Origin: Vicugna vicugna
Lineage: Eukaryota
DNA length: 20,000 nt
Direction: 5' to 3'
Assembly: GCA_013265495.1 (NCBI GenBank)
Contig: MU058059.1
Coordinates: 4,242,338 to 4,262,337, forward strand
Shown: positions 1-10,160 of the stretch, one piece after another
Numbering within the stretch: position 1 is the first letter of the stretch
Layout: each line of letters starts with the position of its first letter
Program-made: the position numbers and the translations under genes
Notes under the pieces: generated by a model
The model's input: the letters and a program-made list of their open reading frames with translations, nothing else
Database searches by the model: none
Told to the model about the DNA's origin: nothing

Positions 1-1282
1 ACTGTAGACTGACTAAACGTCCATAAAGTTTTTTTTAAAAGACTCCAAATTTGGAAGTCAGCCCTCCGTTTATGCTGAGATCAGTATGTCTAAACCAGCA
101 GGGTGAACCAGTGAACTTGACGGCTCCACATCCCTTGAACGGTTACGTGTTAGGGGGTTCAAACCGTTCAATCTGAAATAAATCGGACTGGCTCACAGGA
201 CTGTGTTACCAGAGAATAAACGTCATCTTCATTTCAGAAACAGGAGAAGCCGCTGCAAGGCCGGCCTCTATGCCCTGACGGCCACGTGCCTCCCACATGC
301 TGGCCCCTGAGCCACCCGATAGCTTAGGAAGAGGAGGAGGGTACACGGGGGCAGCTCGGCCCCTCCGTGGGCTTCGTGTAAGCGGCGTGGCTTTTTAACA
401 ACAGAATTAGTGTACTGCCTGCCACAGTCTCCTCCTTTCAGGAACTCAGTGAAATGAGATTTCTCTCGCAGGCTTTCACTGGAGGCTTCAGAATATTCTG
501 TATTATTCTTGGCAGCACCGTGCCTGGACTGATGTGTGCATTAGCACAGGGAGTGAGTTCAGCCACCGACGGCGAGGCCCCACATCTTCCATCCTCAGCA
601 CACAGTGCTGCCCGACAGCTGACACGGCTGCAGACGGATGAAAGGTGCCTGCTTCGTGTTGATAAATTTCTCTGGACATCCTGCCTGCTTCTTCCTGGGA
701 ACACCCTCTTCTCTGACATACATGGAACCATCACGATTGCCTTCAAGCACTTCTGGTGCCAGAGAAGTAGACACACCTTTACGGCAGAAATGCAGCCCTC
801 ATCCCTGTCTGGAGTTCAAGCTCACGATCCCGCAGTAACCGGGAACAGCCTCTGGTCACAGCGTGAGATCCCCGCTCCCAGACGACATCCAAAACACCGA
901 CGAACTGGACTCACGCCTCAACGTGAGCTGCTCCCACCAGACCTGCTGCTGCTCGGGCTGGAGCTCAGACCCGGGGTCTTCGATTGTGCGTCCGGTCCTT
1001 TCCTCGTCACTCCAAATGCCGATTGCACCCGGAGTCCGTGTCCCTGAGGGCGGAGTGGGGCACCACACCCTCCTGGCAGTGGGCAAACCGCAGGGACGCA
1101 GAGGGGACCCAGCCTCACCCCCTCCCGGCTGCCTCTGCCTTCTGCCCTCTCTCCCCACCCTTCTTTTCAGTACACACCACCTCCTCCTGCCTCGTAACAC
1201 TGAGATCGTTGTAAAATCACCTGTGGGATGCTCTGTTTGGAGAATGATAATTCCAGGAACGTGGTTAAGCTTACAACAGGTG

Positions 1283-1540
1283 TTTTTTTGTTCTTGCTTT
1301 TCTTTTTTTTTTGTTTCGTTGACATACAGTCGGTTTACAACACTGTGTCCATTTCTGGTGCACAGCATAATAGCTCAGCCACACATATACATACACATAT
1401 TCCATTTCATAGTCTTTTTCACTGCAGGTTACTACAGGATATTGAATGTAGTTCCCTGTGCTGTACAGAAGAACCTTGTGAAACTTGTCAGTATCTGCAA
1501 AGCTCCAACTCCCAGTTTATCCCTTCCCACCCCCTTCCCA
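1283..1540 (-). mobile_element. L1 3' UTR end with poly(A) tail (artiodactyl-type L1), 3' part of a 5'-inverted insertion
   Basis: T-rich tail at 1283-1312, followed by the reverse complement of L1 3' UTR motifs (GTTCCCTGTGCTGTACAG = rc of CTGTACAGCACAGGGAAC, seen in sense at 18791-18808; TTTATCCCTTCCCACCCCCTTCCC). Confidence 0.9.
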
Positions 1541-1546
1541 CCCAGC

Positions 1547-1626
1547 ATCACTTATATGTGGAATCTAAAAGAGAGAGAGAGAGAGAGAAACGAACACATT
1601 TGCAAACCAGAAGCACACTCACAGAT
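1547..1626 (+). mobile_element. Inverted 5' segment of the same L1 (ORF2 stop / start of 3' UTR)
   Basis: ATCACTTATATGTGGAATCTAAAA...CCAGAAGCACACTCACAGAT matches the sense L1 copy at 7981-8046 (ATCACTCATTTGTGGAATCTAAAA...ACAGAAACAGACTCATAGAC). Confidence 0.85.
1571..1588. repeat. (GA)9 microsatellite within the L1 internal A-rich tract
   Basis: GAGAGAGAGAGAGAGAGA read directly. Confidence 0.95.
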
Positions 1627-2119
1627 GGCAGGGGTTCTCATAGCTCATGGCCGTGACCTGAGAGAGCATTTGATTTCTGGTCAATAAATGAAGGCGTCTC
1701 TGGTGTCCTCCGTTTCCAGGCACGGGTGATATTCCACTTTTCCTGACGCACTACTCTGCCCTGGATTGAGTAGACGACCTACAGTGTGTCCGAACTTTCC
1801 CCGAAGTCCCCAAAAGTGAGGCTGTTTTGGTGTCCTAGTCTATCTCCAAAAAGTAGGTAGGACCCGTGAGTCATTGCGAGGTTAAGCTGGGTGGCTTGTA
1901 CCACATTCTGTCACTCTGGGTCACCTCCACAAATGTCACTGCCAGGTCACTCGGTCAATTTTCAGCGGGGACAGGGAAGTGCACAGCCCTTCCCCTGTCC
2001 GCCTGTCCCCAGGACAGCTCAGACAGCAATGCTCTTCGCCAGACGTGCCCCCCATACCTACCCCCACCCCAGCCAGTCCCCAGATGCCTGTCCCAGGCCC
2101 CAGCCGCGTCAGAACACAG

Positions 2120-2212
2120 ACTCTCTCGTGTTCATCACTCTATTTCCAGTTTCTGTTCCCATTTCTAAACATAGTAAGCATTTAGTAAATATTTACTGAG
2201 AGAGTAAATAAA
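2120..2212 (+). mobile_element. L2 LINE 3' end relic
   Basis: TGTTCATCACTCTATTTCCAG...ACATAGTAAGCATTTAGTAAATATTTACTGAG resembles the L2 terminus (..CACATAGTAGGCGCTCAATAAATATTTGTTGAA). Confidence 0.7.
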
Positions 2213-2269
2213 CCCCTGCCTCTCTCTGCCGGCCTGTAGTGCCCTCTGCACAACGGTGGGTCCCAAATG

Positions 2270-2332
2270 CCGAAGCATCCTTCAGCCTCACTCAAAGGTT
2301 TGTCTCCTCCCAGAGAAAGCCTTCATCACCCA
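2270..2332 (+). mobile_element. L2 fragment
   Basis: CATCCTTCAGCCTCACTCAAAGG...CTCCTCCCAGAGAAAGCCTTC resembles the L2 segment TCCTTCAGGTCTCAGCTCAAATGTCACCTCCTCAGAGAGGCCTTCC. Confidence 0.5.
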
Positions 2333-2494
2333 ATAGAATATAATCTTCTCTGAATAAAAAGGCACCCCTGCCTAGCATAAGGGACTGGACCAGCAGGGGC
2401 TGCCACACCAGGAACTCGGCACAGCAGCCTCTGAGAATGACCGTCGTTCATGGGGTGAACACTGAAAGATGCTCACAAAACAGTAAAACCTAGG

Positions 2495-2601
2495 TTATAT
2501 AATGGGAAAGAACGTGAAAACAAATACACGTATGTACACGCGTGACTGAAATGCGATGCTGCGCACTAGCAATCGACCCAACATTGTAAACCAACTACAG
2601 T
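2495..2601 (+). mobile_element. Short L1 3' end remnant
   Basis: TATAATGGGAAAGAACGTGAAAA...ACAACATTGTAAA-type terminus (CCAACATTGTAAACCAACTACA), homologous to 8190-8280, 9060-9155 and 18835-18920. Confidence 0.8.
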
Positions 2602-2629
2602 GAACACCTGCTATAAAACCGCCTGCAGT

Positions 2630-2760
2630 ATGACAGCTCTGTGAGGCAGGCGTCTTTCATGTCCTCCACCTTTGGGAAACGAAGGCTCAGAAAGGACAGG
2701 TAACTCATCCCAGATCAAGGTGACGCCGGGATGTAGCCCCAGTCTCTCCACCTCCTGCTC
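2630..2760 (-). mobile_element. MIR SINE relic
   Basis: CTCTGTGAGGCAGG...GGAAACGAAGGCTCAGAAAGGACAGGTAACTCATCCCAGATCA resembles the reverse MIR core (GAGGAAACTGAGGCTCAGAGAGGTTAAGTAACTTGCCCAAGGTCA). Confidence 0.7.
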
Positions 2761-4229
2761 TGCCAGCCCCCTGCTGCACAGACCTCCGTAAGAGTATGTC
2801 AGGCTGCTGGAGTCTGGGAGGAGGGACAACGGTGGCTTCTTATCTAATAATGCAATAATGTGTATGTTTTGTATTTTACAATAAAATCCGATCTAAGAAA
2901 AAAGGATCTCTCCCATCACGTTTTGGCCCCATCGCCCTTGTGACTTGGCCCCATGTGACCACGTAGTATTGCCCCCTGTGAACATGTCACCTTCTTGATC
3001 AGACCGTAAGTCCCTTAAGAGCCGTGTCTTCGGGAACCCAGCAGGGTCCCTCCCATATCTCCAGCACAGGATGACAGTGCAGAATAAATATAGGGACGAA
3101 AGGCCTGGCTTCCACTGCCCTTAGAGATGGAGGGGGCCAAGAAAAGCTCTCGTATCTGACCCGTGGTATAAGCGTCCAGGGGCTTCCACCCAACAGGCCA
3201 CTCGGCGACGGTCCATGCGGCCAACATCATGACACGGCTACAGCAGCACTCTCAGAGAGGGATGAGACGGGAGCGTCTGCTGGGCTAACAGCGGGTAATA
3301 ATTTCCACTTGAGCGTCCAGCAAGGGGCAACGAACACCAGAGCTTCCTGAATCATGAACCTTCTCTGTCCCAGTGCAGTCACGCTCCAGGGAGCTTCTCT
3401 TGGAAGGAAAAAGTATGTGAAGTGAGACTCCAAGTCTTAACCATTGTTTGTTTCCTTACAAATGAATTCAATTCAAACTCTGCATCACCACAAGAGGCTC
3501 TACAGGCTTTGGTTGGCCTTCCAGGGGTGGAAGGACAGTTGTTAACCTTCTACACAACGAAGTTCGGGAAATATTTCCAGTGTCATTCACAAACACTGAA
3601 CCTCACAGCCTGACTCCCACTTGGTGGCAACGAAGCAGAAATCAGATGTTAACTGCAGAGAGCCGCGCTGGGGAGGCCCACCAAGCCCCCGAGCAGCAGG
3701 CCCTCGCCTCTGCAGCAGGGAGGCAAGGGACGACCCGTGGGAAGCCTGAGAGGTCTCGCTTTTCAGTTCTTTGAGCTCAATCAACATAGCACTTGCTTTC
3801 TTCATCGCAGGCGTCATTCCTTAGCTACCAGCAAAGAAGGCCATGTCACGCAAGGTTCTAGCAGAGCCCGGGAGCCACGCAAACCAGGCAGATCAGTCTG
3901 GGCTCCGAGAAGGCACAAAGTTCAGCACGGAAGCCGTGGGCCTGGCCACACCCACCCAGAAGCCCAAGGGCAGAAGAGCGCACTGGGGCAGTGGGCAGGG
4001 CCGCCTCCCGGGGCCCGCAGGGGCGGCCGGTGATGGGGGAGCAGCAGAAAATATCCAGCACCCCGAGACCAGCAGGAGGAGGGACAGCCAGGGAACTGCC
4101 CAAAGTGCATTTCGTTCCTTTCTGTTTATTTATTAGTTGTCACAGGACCTGCTCTCCTGATGTCCTGTTTACCAGTCGATCACAGAAACTGTCAGTCCGC
4201 CTGTGTTCACGACGCACGCGTGTACCCCT

Positions 4230-4380
4230 GGTCAGTGGGCCTTGCGCCTGGCCACACACCACAGGACAGCTCCATCCACACCCACAGAGTCCAAACCTCC
4301 AGCAGGAGCACCTCGACAACTGCATTTTCCAAAAGCATTCCAGGCAACTTGGATGCGCAAAACGGCTGGTATCCGCCCCC
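4230..4380. mobile_element. Possible MER5-like (hAT-Charlie) relic
   Basis: ACTGCATTTTCCAAAAGCATTCCAGGCAACTTGGATGC resembles MER5 TCTGCATTTTAACAAG..CCAGGTGATTCTGATGC; very degenerate. Confidence 0.35.
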
Positions 4381-5499
4381 AAAGCTCTCAGAGCTTCACT
4401 CATCGTAACTCATCTCGGCAACAGAATTCTCGACATGGGACGCTGCCTAGTAAGACTTAAACCTGACCTTGGGTTGAACTAGGAAAACACAGGGGTGGAT
4501 CAGGCACCCCCAACAGAAAAGATACTCAAGTTCAAGAAACCGTCCACCCCCCCCCAGGAGATAAGACTGATGACTCTGTCCTGAGTCACCGACAGCCCCA
4601 CGACCTCCCCAAGCGCCCTTCCATCCCGGGATGTGGGAAACAACGAGGAAAGGAGGTACAGTGATCTGACGGCCTGAACTCTTGAAGTTTGTTTTGTAAG
4701 ACGAGAATTTCAGGTTAAAGGGTGGGTGCGGGGGGTGGGGGAATCGTTCCTCATCCCAGGAGCAATGCCCGGCGACCAGCATCTCGGACACCCCCGTGTG
4801 CTGGGGGCCTGCCAACCCCAGCTCAGTCCGTGACGGAGCTTTCTAACCCGCATGTGGTTCGCGGAGCTGACGGCAAAGAACGAGGCGGGTCGGAGGGCCC
4901 ACTTCTCTCCTCAAAGAGTCCATCTGATCCAAATGCTGCGCTAAAGCCCTCACCGGGAGGACACCCTCCTCTCTGCCCACAGGGCCTGGGGACGTAGGCA
5001 GTGCCTCTGAGTTGTTTCCAACCGCACCTTCCCGGGGACACTCCTCAGGCGCTGATGGAAGTCCAGACCACATGAGTCCTACCAAGAGAGCCTGGGACCT
5101 CACGCACTTTGGTCTCAGAGGGACCATTAAATCGTGACAGTGGATGTCAAAAGTCTGTCTCATCACAGGGAAGAGGAGTGCACACACGAGTCCAGCTGGA
5201 AATTCTGAAACGGGCCTTGAAGGCCGGCCGGCTGGGCAGAGCCCCGCCGAGAGGAGAAGGTCCTGATGCCCAGATTCTGCCAGTCGCCTCCTGCCCGGCT
5301 CCGCTGCCAAGGTCGACTCCGCACCACGGGGCGTCTGTCCTGGCGCCGCGCTCCTGGGACAGACTGCAGAAGCCCCCTCTGACCTCTCATGAGCTGGCTG
5401 CCGAGCTGGGCTGCAGATTAAATGACCAGGAAACAAAGAGGAGGGAGCGAGAAACACAGACTGTCCCGTTTGAAAAAAATGAAAAGCAGACATTACGTG

Positions 5500-6250
5500 G
5501 GGCTTTCAGCCTGGAGACGGAAGTGAACGCGGGACCCCCGCGTGCGGACGCGCCACGCCCACGCCCGCTGACGGCTTCGCAGCGCCCACGGGCGGGACCG
5601 ACCCCGCGCAGGGAAGCCTGTCTCGGACCTGCAGGGGGCGCGGGGCGCGGCAGAGGGCAAGGGAAGTCAATCACTTCCAGGCACACTGCCCGACGGGCTT
5701 GAAGCATAAATACGCGGCAAAAATAGACGCACAGCCCTCTTATCTTCCATCAGTTTCACAACCGCGTCCCCGCTTCCTTTGCGAGTCCGCCCAAGGCCCC
5801 GTCCTCCTGAAAACGGCCCCCACGTTTGCACAGAAAGGGCACTCGGTAAGGCAGCCACACGCACGGGGCGCTGGGGCCCACGGAACGCCCCCTCTCCGGC
5901 CCGCGTGACGGTGCACGAGGACGAGCCCCGCGCGCGCCCTGGAGAAAAGCGCGGGGCGGCGAGCTCGGAGCCCAGGCGTGAGTGAGGCGCGCCTCCGAGC
6001 CAAAACCCGGCCCGACGGCTCATCGGGAGGGGCCTTCCTGCCTCCGTGGCCTCGGCGCACACGGAGAGGACGGCTGCCACTCTCGCGGGTGGCCCGGGGG
6101 GCTGGCGAGGACCGGGCGTGCCCGGGGGGACTGGCCCGCCACGGGCACCACAGAGGTGTGCCCTCGTTCCCGGCTGCTGCGGTTGGCAGTCGCCTCCTCC
6201 CAGCCCTCGGGGGGTTCCCTGGGGTGAAGGTTTGTTCACTGTCCCTCCTC
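5500..6250. promoter_or_regulatory. CpG island; candidate internal promoter/enhancer
   Basis: Very high GC and dense CpG (CCCCGCGCGCGCCC, GCGCGGGGCGGCG, GGGGGCGCGGGGCGCGG), with GC-box-like motifs around an AT-richer core at ~5660-5760. Confidence 0.8.
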
Positions 6251-6899
6251 GGTGCTGCTCTCGGGACCGGGGTTCATAACAGGACGCTCATCCCCCAGGG
6301 CAGTCCCAGCTCAAGGGCCCAAAGCAGTGTCCCTGGTCAGAGCTGCTCTCAGGCCCAGACAATGCGCTCCGTCCACCTCCACGAGCCCCTAGAGCGGACA
6401 CGCCCCCTGCCCGTGCAGGGAGGGGGGACCAGCGTGTTCCCATGTGCTGCTAGGGAACCCCAGCCCGGGTTCCAGTAAAGGGCCCTTTGGAGGGCGCAAC
6501 AAGGTGCTCCTGGATGCAGCTCAAGTCCACGCAGGGAGCTGGCTCAACAGCCAGCTTCCAAAGGCTGCCTGGCACCCAGGCTGCAGACAGAGACCTGAGG
6601 ATGGAGATTGCTGGAGTTCCCTACCCCTACTGTCGGGGGTCCCTGCCCTTCTGGTCCAAGATCAGAACCACGTCATTCCAAGTCCTTGTGACAAAAGCAA
6701 AGACCTGGAACTAAGAAAAAGAAATGGTTTAAAATACTAAGAAAAGTCTGTATTTTGGAATAACTTCCTCCATCTGAAACCACGCTGATGATAAAGTTTT
6801 ACCAAGAGACTGTTAAATAATCACAGCAAATTACAAAGATGTGCAGCATCTGATTCAATTGTATTAAGATACCAGTGTGATGGGATATCTGAACAGTCA

Positions 6900-7060
6900 G
6901 CTGATAAAAGCGAGGGTGACAGGACGTCAGGAAGCAGCAGCCGCGGCCGTCGCCCAGTAATGCAGCTGCGATCGATCTGTCTTCTGTGTTTACGGATTTC
7001 AGTCTGTTTTCATGTTTTCTGGCATCAATATAGGTTATTTCTGTAACCAGGATAAGAAGT
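6900..7060 (+). mobile_element. Old L1M (L1MC/L1ME-like) 3' end relic
   Basis: TCTTCTGTGTTTACGGATTTCAGTCTGTTTTCATGTTTTCTGGCATCAATATAGGTTATTTCTGTAACCAGGATAA resembles the L1MC/L1ME terminus (..TTTTCCAAATTTTCTACAATGAACATGTATTACTTTTATAATCAGAAAAA). Confidence 0.5.
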
Positions 7061-7821
7061 CCTGAAAGTTGTCTTTAAGTCCCAGAAAAAAAATCAAGAC
7101 ATGTTTTTTTTTCACAGCCAAGACCAGACTGAACTGGGCAGTCGAGGTTCAGCCGGGAATCTTGAGGGAAAATGAACAAAAGGGATTTTGTAAAACTAGG
7201 AAAGAGGTTCACAGATGAACTCAGCCTCCGCCCGGCAGTAACTGAGCCCACGTCATTAACGTCAGAACTGAGAAAGTCACGGTGCGTGGGGCCCCCCGGA
7301 ACCCACCGTTCCAGCCTCCCGAATCCCCGCACACACGTCCTTTCAAAGGCGCAGACGCCACACTTTCTCTCGCCTTCCCCTTTCAAAATGTCCTCAGAAA
7401 AACCGGTTTAATATGGGTGCACGGTGTTCTCTAAAACCACAGCGTCCTCGCCAACCCTAGGACACGCCCAGGGGCTTTCGATACGGAAACGCCGCTGATC
7501 AGGGCCACCTGGTGTCTGGAAGGTGTTCGAACCAGAGATGATTTCTGGACACATGCTAACTTCGGCAGCCTTGCTTCCCAGTGATACACGGGGAAAAAAA
7601 TCACCTAGAGCAGACTGTTGAGAGCCTAGAGGAAAACAGTGTCTCCTCTCTCCGGTCTCTAAGGGCACCTGCTATTTCCAGAAGCCCCGTGTGGCCTGCC
7701 CAGCACAGGACTGCTGTTCGGGGCAACAGCCCAGCCCCACGTCTCCAGCTGGTCCCCAGCCAACACCCTTCGGGACAAACACCGTGGATGGGGAGCAAAG
7801 ACCCTGCGACAGCTCTCAAAT

Positions 7822-8310
7822 CAGTGACTGGATAAAGACGATGTGGTACATTTATACAATGGAATACGACTCAGCCATAAAAACCGACAACATAACGCCA
7901 TTTGCAGCAACATGGATGCTCCTGAAGAATGTCATTCTAAGTGAAGTAAGCCAGAAAGAGAAAGAAAACTACCATATGAGATCACTCATTTGTGGAATCT
8001 AAAAAAAAACAAAGCATAAATACAAAACAGAAACAGACTCATAGACACAGAATACAAACTTGTGGTTGCCAAGGGGGCAGGGGGTGGAAAGGCATAGACT
8101 GGGATTTCAAAATTGTAGAATAGATAAACAAGATTACACTGTGTAGCACAGGGAAATATACACAAGATCTTGTGGTAGCTCACAGAGAAAGGAATGTGAC
8201 AATGAATATATTTATGTTCATGTATAACTGAAAAGTTGTGCTCTACACTGGAATTTAATACAACATTGTAAAATGATTATGAATCAATAAAAAATGTTTA
8301 AAAAAGAAAA
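7822..8310 (+). mobile_element. 5'-truncated, relatively young L1 (ORF2 C-terminus + 3' UTR + A tail)
   Basis: In-frame ORF2 end, G-rich 3' UTR tract (8073-8087), TGTAGCACAGGGAAATATA motif, AATAAA at 8286-8291 and an A-rich tail. Confidence 0.95.
7826..8002 (+). pseudogene. L1 ORF2 C-terminal fragment (non-functional)
   Basis: DWIKTMWYIYTMEYDSAIKTDNITPFAATWMLLKNVILSEVSQKEKENYHMRSLICGI* is the typical L1 ORF2p C-terminus (WIKKMWYIYTMEYYSAIK..FAATWM.LE.IILSE). Confidence 0.93.
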
Positions 8311-8332
8311 CAATAACCGACCATGGTTTCAT

Positions 8333-8530
8333 CTTTTTTTTAAACACCTTTATTGTGGTATAACTTCTGTACAGTAACCCACACATACTTCAGCGTTCAC
8401 AGCTGCATGGATTTGGGAGATGGAGCACCTCTGAAACCACCAGCACCATCAGAGCACCTAACAATCCATCGCTCCCCACGAGGTGCACGCTTCGAACTGC
8501 CAACCTGCCCCTCCTCACCCCCTTTACGTT
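8333..8530 (-). mobile_element. Old L1MB-like 3' end, tail-to-tail with the younger L1
   Basis: T-tract, then AAACACCTTTATTGTGGTATAA...CACATACTTCAGCGTTCACAG...CTGAAACCACCAGCACCATCA, resembling the reversed L1MB terminus (CAGCTTTATTGAGGTATAA...GTGAAACCATCACCACAATCAAG). Confidence 0.75.
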
Positions 8531-8784
8531 CTCCTTTTTGAGACATGTGAGCTCAGCAGGAAGAAAGCAGGCTTGTTCTGATCATGCTGTCAGACGGCGG
8601 GAGTCAAGTCCGGGTCCCAGACACTCTCGCCCACAAAACTCTCCTTCTGCAGACTCCGGGGAGACGCCCCCAGCTGAATCTCCCTTTGCTCATCAAATCC
8701 ATTCGCTCAGCATCTTAAACTACCTCAGAAGAGACTTTAAAAGCTTTACATCTTTAGCATAAGTGGGCCAAATAAAAGGTTTCT

Positions 8785-8886
8785 CTGACTGTAAGTACCA
8801 TGCAGGTAAAAAATAGATCTTTTTTGTTCAAATCCATACCCTCAGCACCTGGCAGAGGCCAGCGCCTCGTAAACACTCAATAAACG
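8785..8886 (+). mobile_element. L2 LINE 3' end relic
   Basis: GACTGTAAGTACCATGCAGG...TTTTGTTCA...CTCAGCACCTGGCAGAG...GTAAACACTCAATAAAC follows the order of L2 terminal motifs. Confidence 0.75.
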
Positions 8887-9024
8887 GGTATTACGTGTCG
8901 GGACGTTAAGTGTGCAGCAGTGGAAGCCGAGCAAATGGAATGGCTCCAGATTGATGACTTTTCCGCTATTTTCCAGCTGCCTCAGTGGACAAAGCGATTT
9001 CATTCTCTTAAGGATCTAGCAGCA

Positions 9025-9206
9025 GAAACAGGGAACTACATTCAACCTCTTGTAGCAGCAAATACTGGGAAAGAATCTGAAAAGAAGAATGCCTCTGTGC
9101 GTGTAACGGAATCACTTTGCTGTCCATCTGCAACTAACACTGTAAATCAACTACATTCCAGCACAAAATTTAAAAACAAAAACAAAAACAAAAGCAAAAA
9201 CAAAAA
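9025..9206 (+). mobile_element. Short L1 3' end with (CAAAAA)n tail
   Basis: ACAGGGAACTACATTCAACCTCTTGTA...GAATCACTTTGCTGT...ACTGTAAATCAACTACA, then a CAAAAA repeat at ~9172-9206. Confidence 0.88.
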
Positions 9207-10059
9207 CCTGCTGGCAAAATACAAGGCCCAACAGTGGCAGGAGCCAGGAGGTAACAGCCCATGCCAGCGTCTCCCCAAAATCGACTCACTTCTGCCGCTG
9301 GCTCCGACCCCCCGCCATGGGCCCCTCAATCCTTCCCACTCAACTCCAGCTGCATTTTTGCTTCCCTTAATAAAACGAAGACGACCCTCCTCAACTTTTC
9401 TGTACAAATTCTAAACAGGAAAGAAAAGCTGGACCCGGATGAAGAGCAGATTATTCTATATAAATTATAAAATATCTTTAAACATTGCCTGGGATCAGTG
9501 TCCAGTTCTCATAAAAGCGTCTCTTCTTTGTAAACATTAGTCTGCAAATTTAGAAGCACTTAACAAGACGTCAAGGGAAGCACCACGGGGATGGTTCAGC
9601 GGGAAGCCATCTCAGGAGCCCCGTCGGCTCTTCCCAGGAATGGGAGACCCGCCCACGGGACCGGGTCCCAGGCCTCGTACTCGGGGCTGGACGGAGGGGG
9701 CATGCTCTGGTCCCCGCCCACTGCCCACGCTCGGACCTCCACGGAGTGGCTTCCAGTTCCTGCCAAGGGATGCTGTTGTGCTGCGGATGAGGGAGAGATG
9801 CAGCATCTCTCTGGGCCACAGTGAGACGACTCTGCGGCAGAGACCCACAGACAGGAAGCCTCACTCCACTTCCCCGTGGGCTCACAAACGAGAGCCTGAA
9901 CCTAGTCAGCCCTGGAGGTCTGGACACCAGCCCCATCCCTTCCCTCCTGGGCCCAGCGAGAAAGGAGTTCTGTCCCTTCCTTGCCAGACAGGGACACAAG
10001 CTACTCACAGAGAAAGCGCCCTGGCTCTGTGCTTTGGAATCACTGGTGTATGAACTACG

Positions 10060-10160
10060 TGGCTTTCATCTCAAAAGCGAGGACACTGAAGTCCAGTGAG
10101 ACCAAGTCACGTGCCCGTGGTCAGCACTGAGCTAGACACAGGGACCCGAGTCCAACCAGC
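10060..10160 (-). mobile_element. MIR SINE relic
   Basis: GAGGACACTGAAGTCCAGTGAGACCAAGTCACGTGCCCGTGGTCA resembles the reverse MIR core. Confidence 0.65.

Noticed and set aside
162..174. 13-mer AACCGTTCAATCT also present at 19746-19758
   Set aside because: A few 13-bp matches are expected by chance in 20 kb, and the flanks do not align.
454..1047. 197-aa ATG-initiated ORF
   Set aside because: No recognisable family or motif; ORFs of this size overlap in several frames throughout this GC-rich window.
863..1687. Longest ORF (274 aa)
   Set aside because: It runs through a poly-T tail, an antisense L1 3' UTR and a (GA)n repeat, with no recognisable domain.
2840..2905. AATAAA plus A-run as a gene 3' end or processed pseudogene tail
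   Set aside because: There is no upstream mRNA-like sequence; it is more likely an old L1 tail remnant.
4843..6478. Cluster of 160-216 aa Pro/Arg/Gly/Ala-rich ORFs on both strands
   Set aside because: Explained by stop-codon depletion in the CpG island.
6775..6857. C/D box snoRNA-like arrangement (TGATGA 6786-6791, CTGA 6850-6853)
   Set aside because: The terminal stem is weak and misplaced, I recognise no guide sequence, it adjoins an L1 relic, and it is opposite to the inferred host strand.
7420..7575. Possible MER5-like relic
   Set aside because: Similarity is too weak to support by eye.
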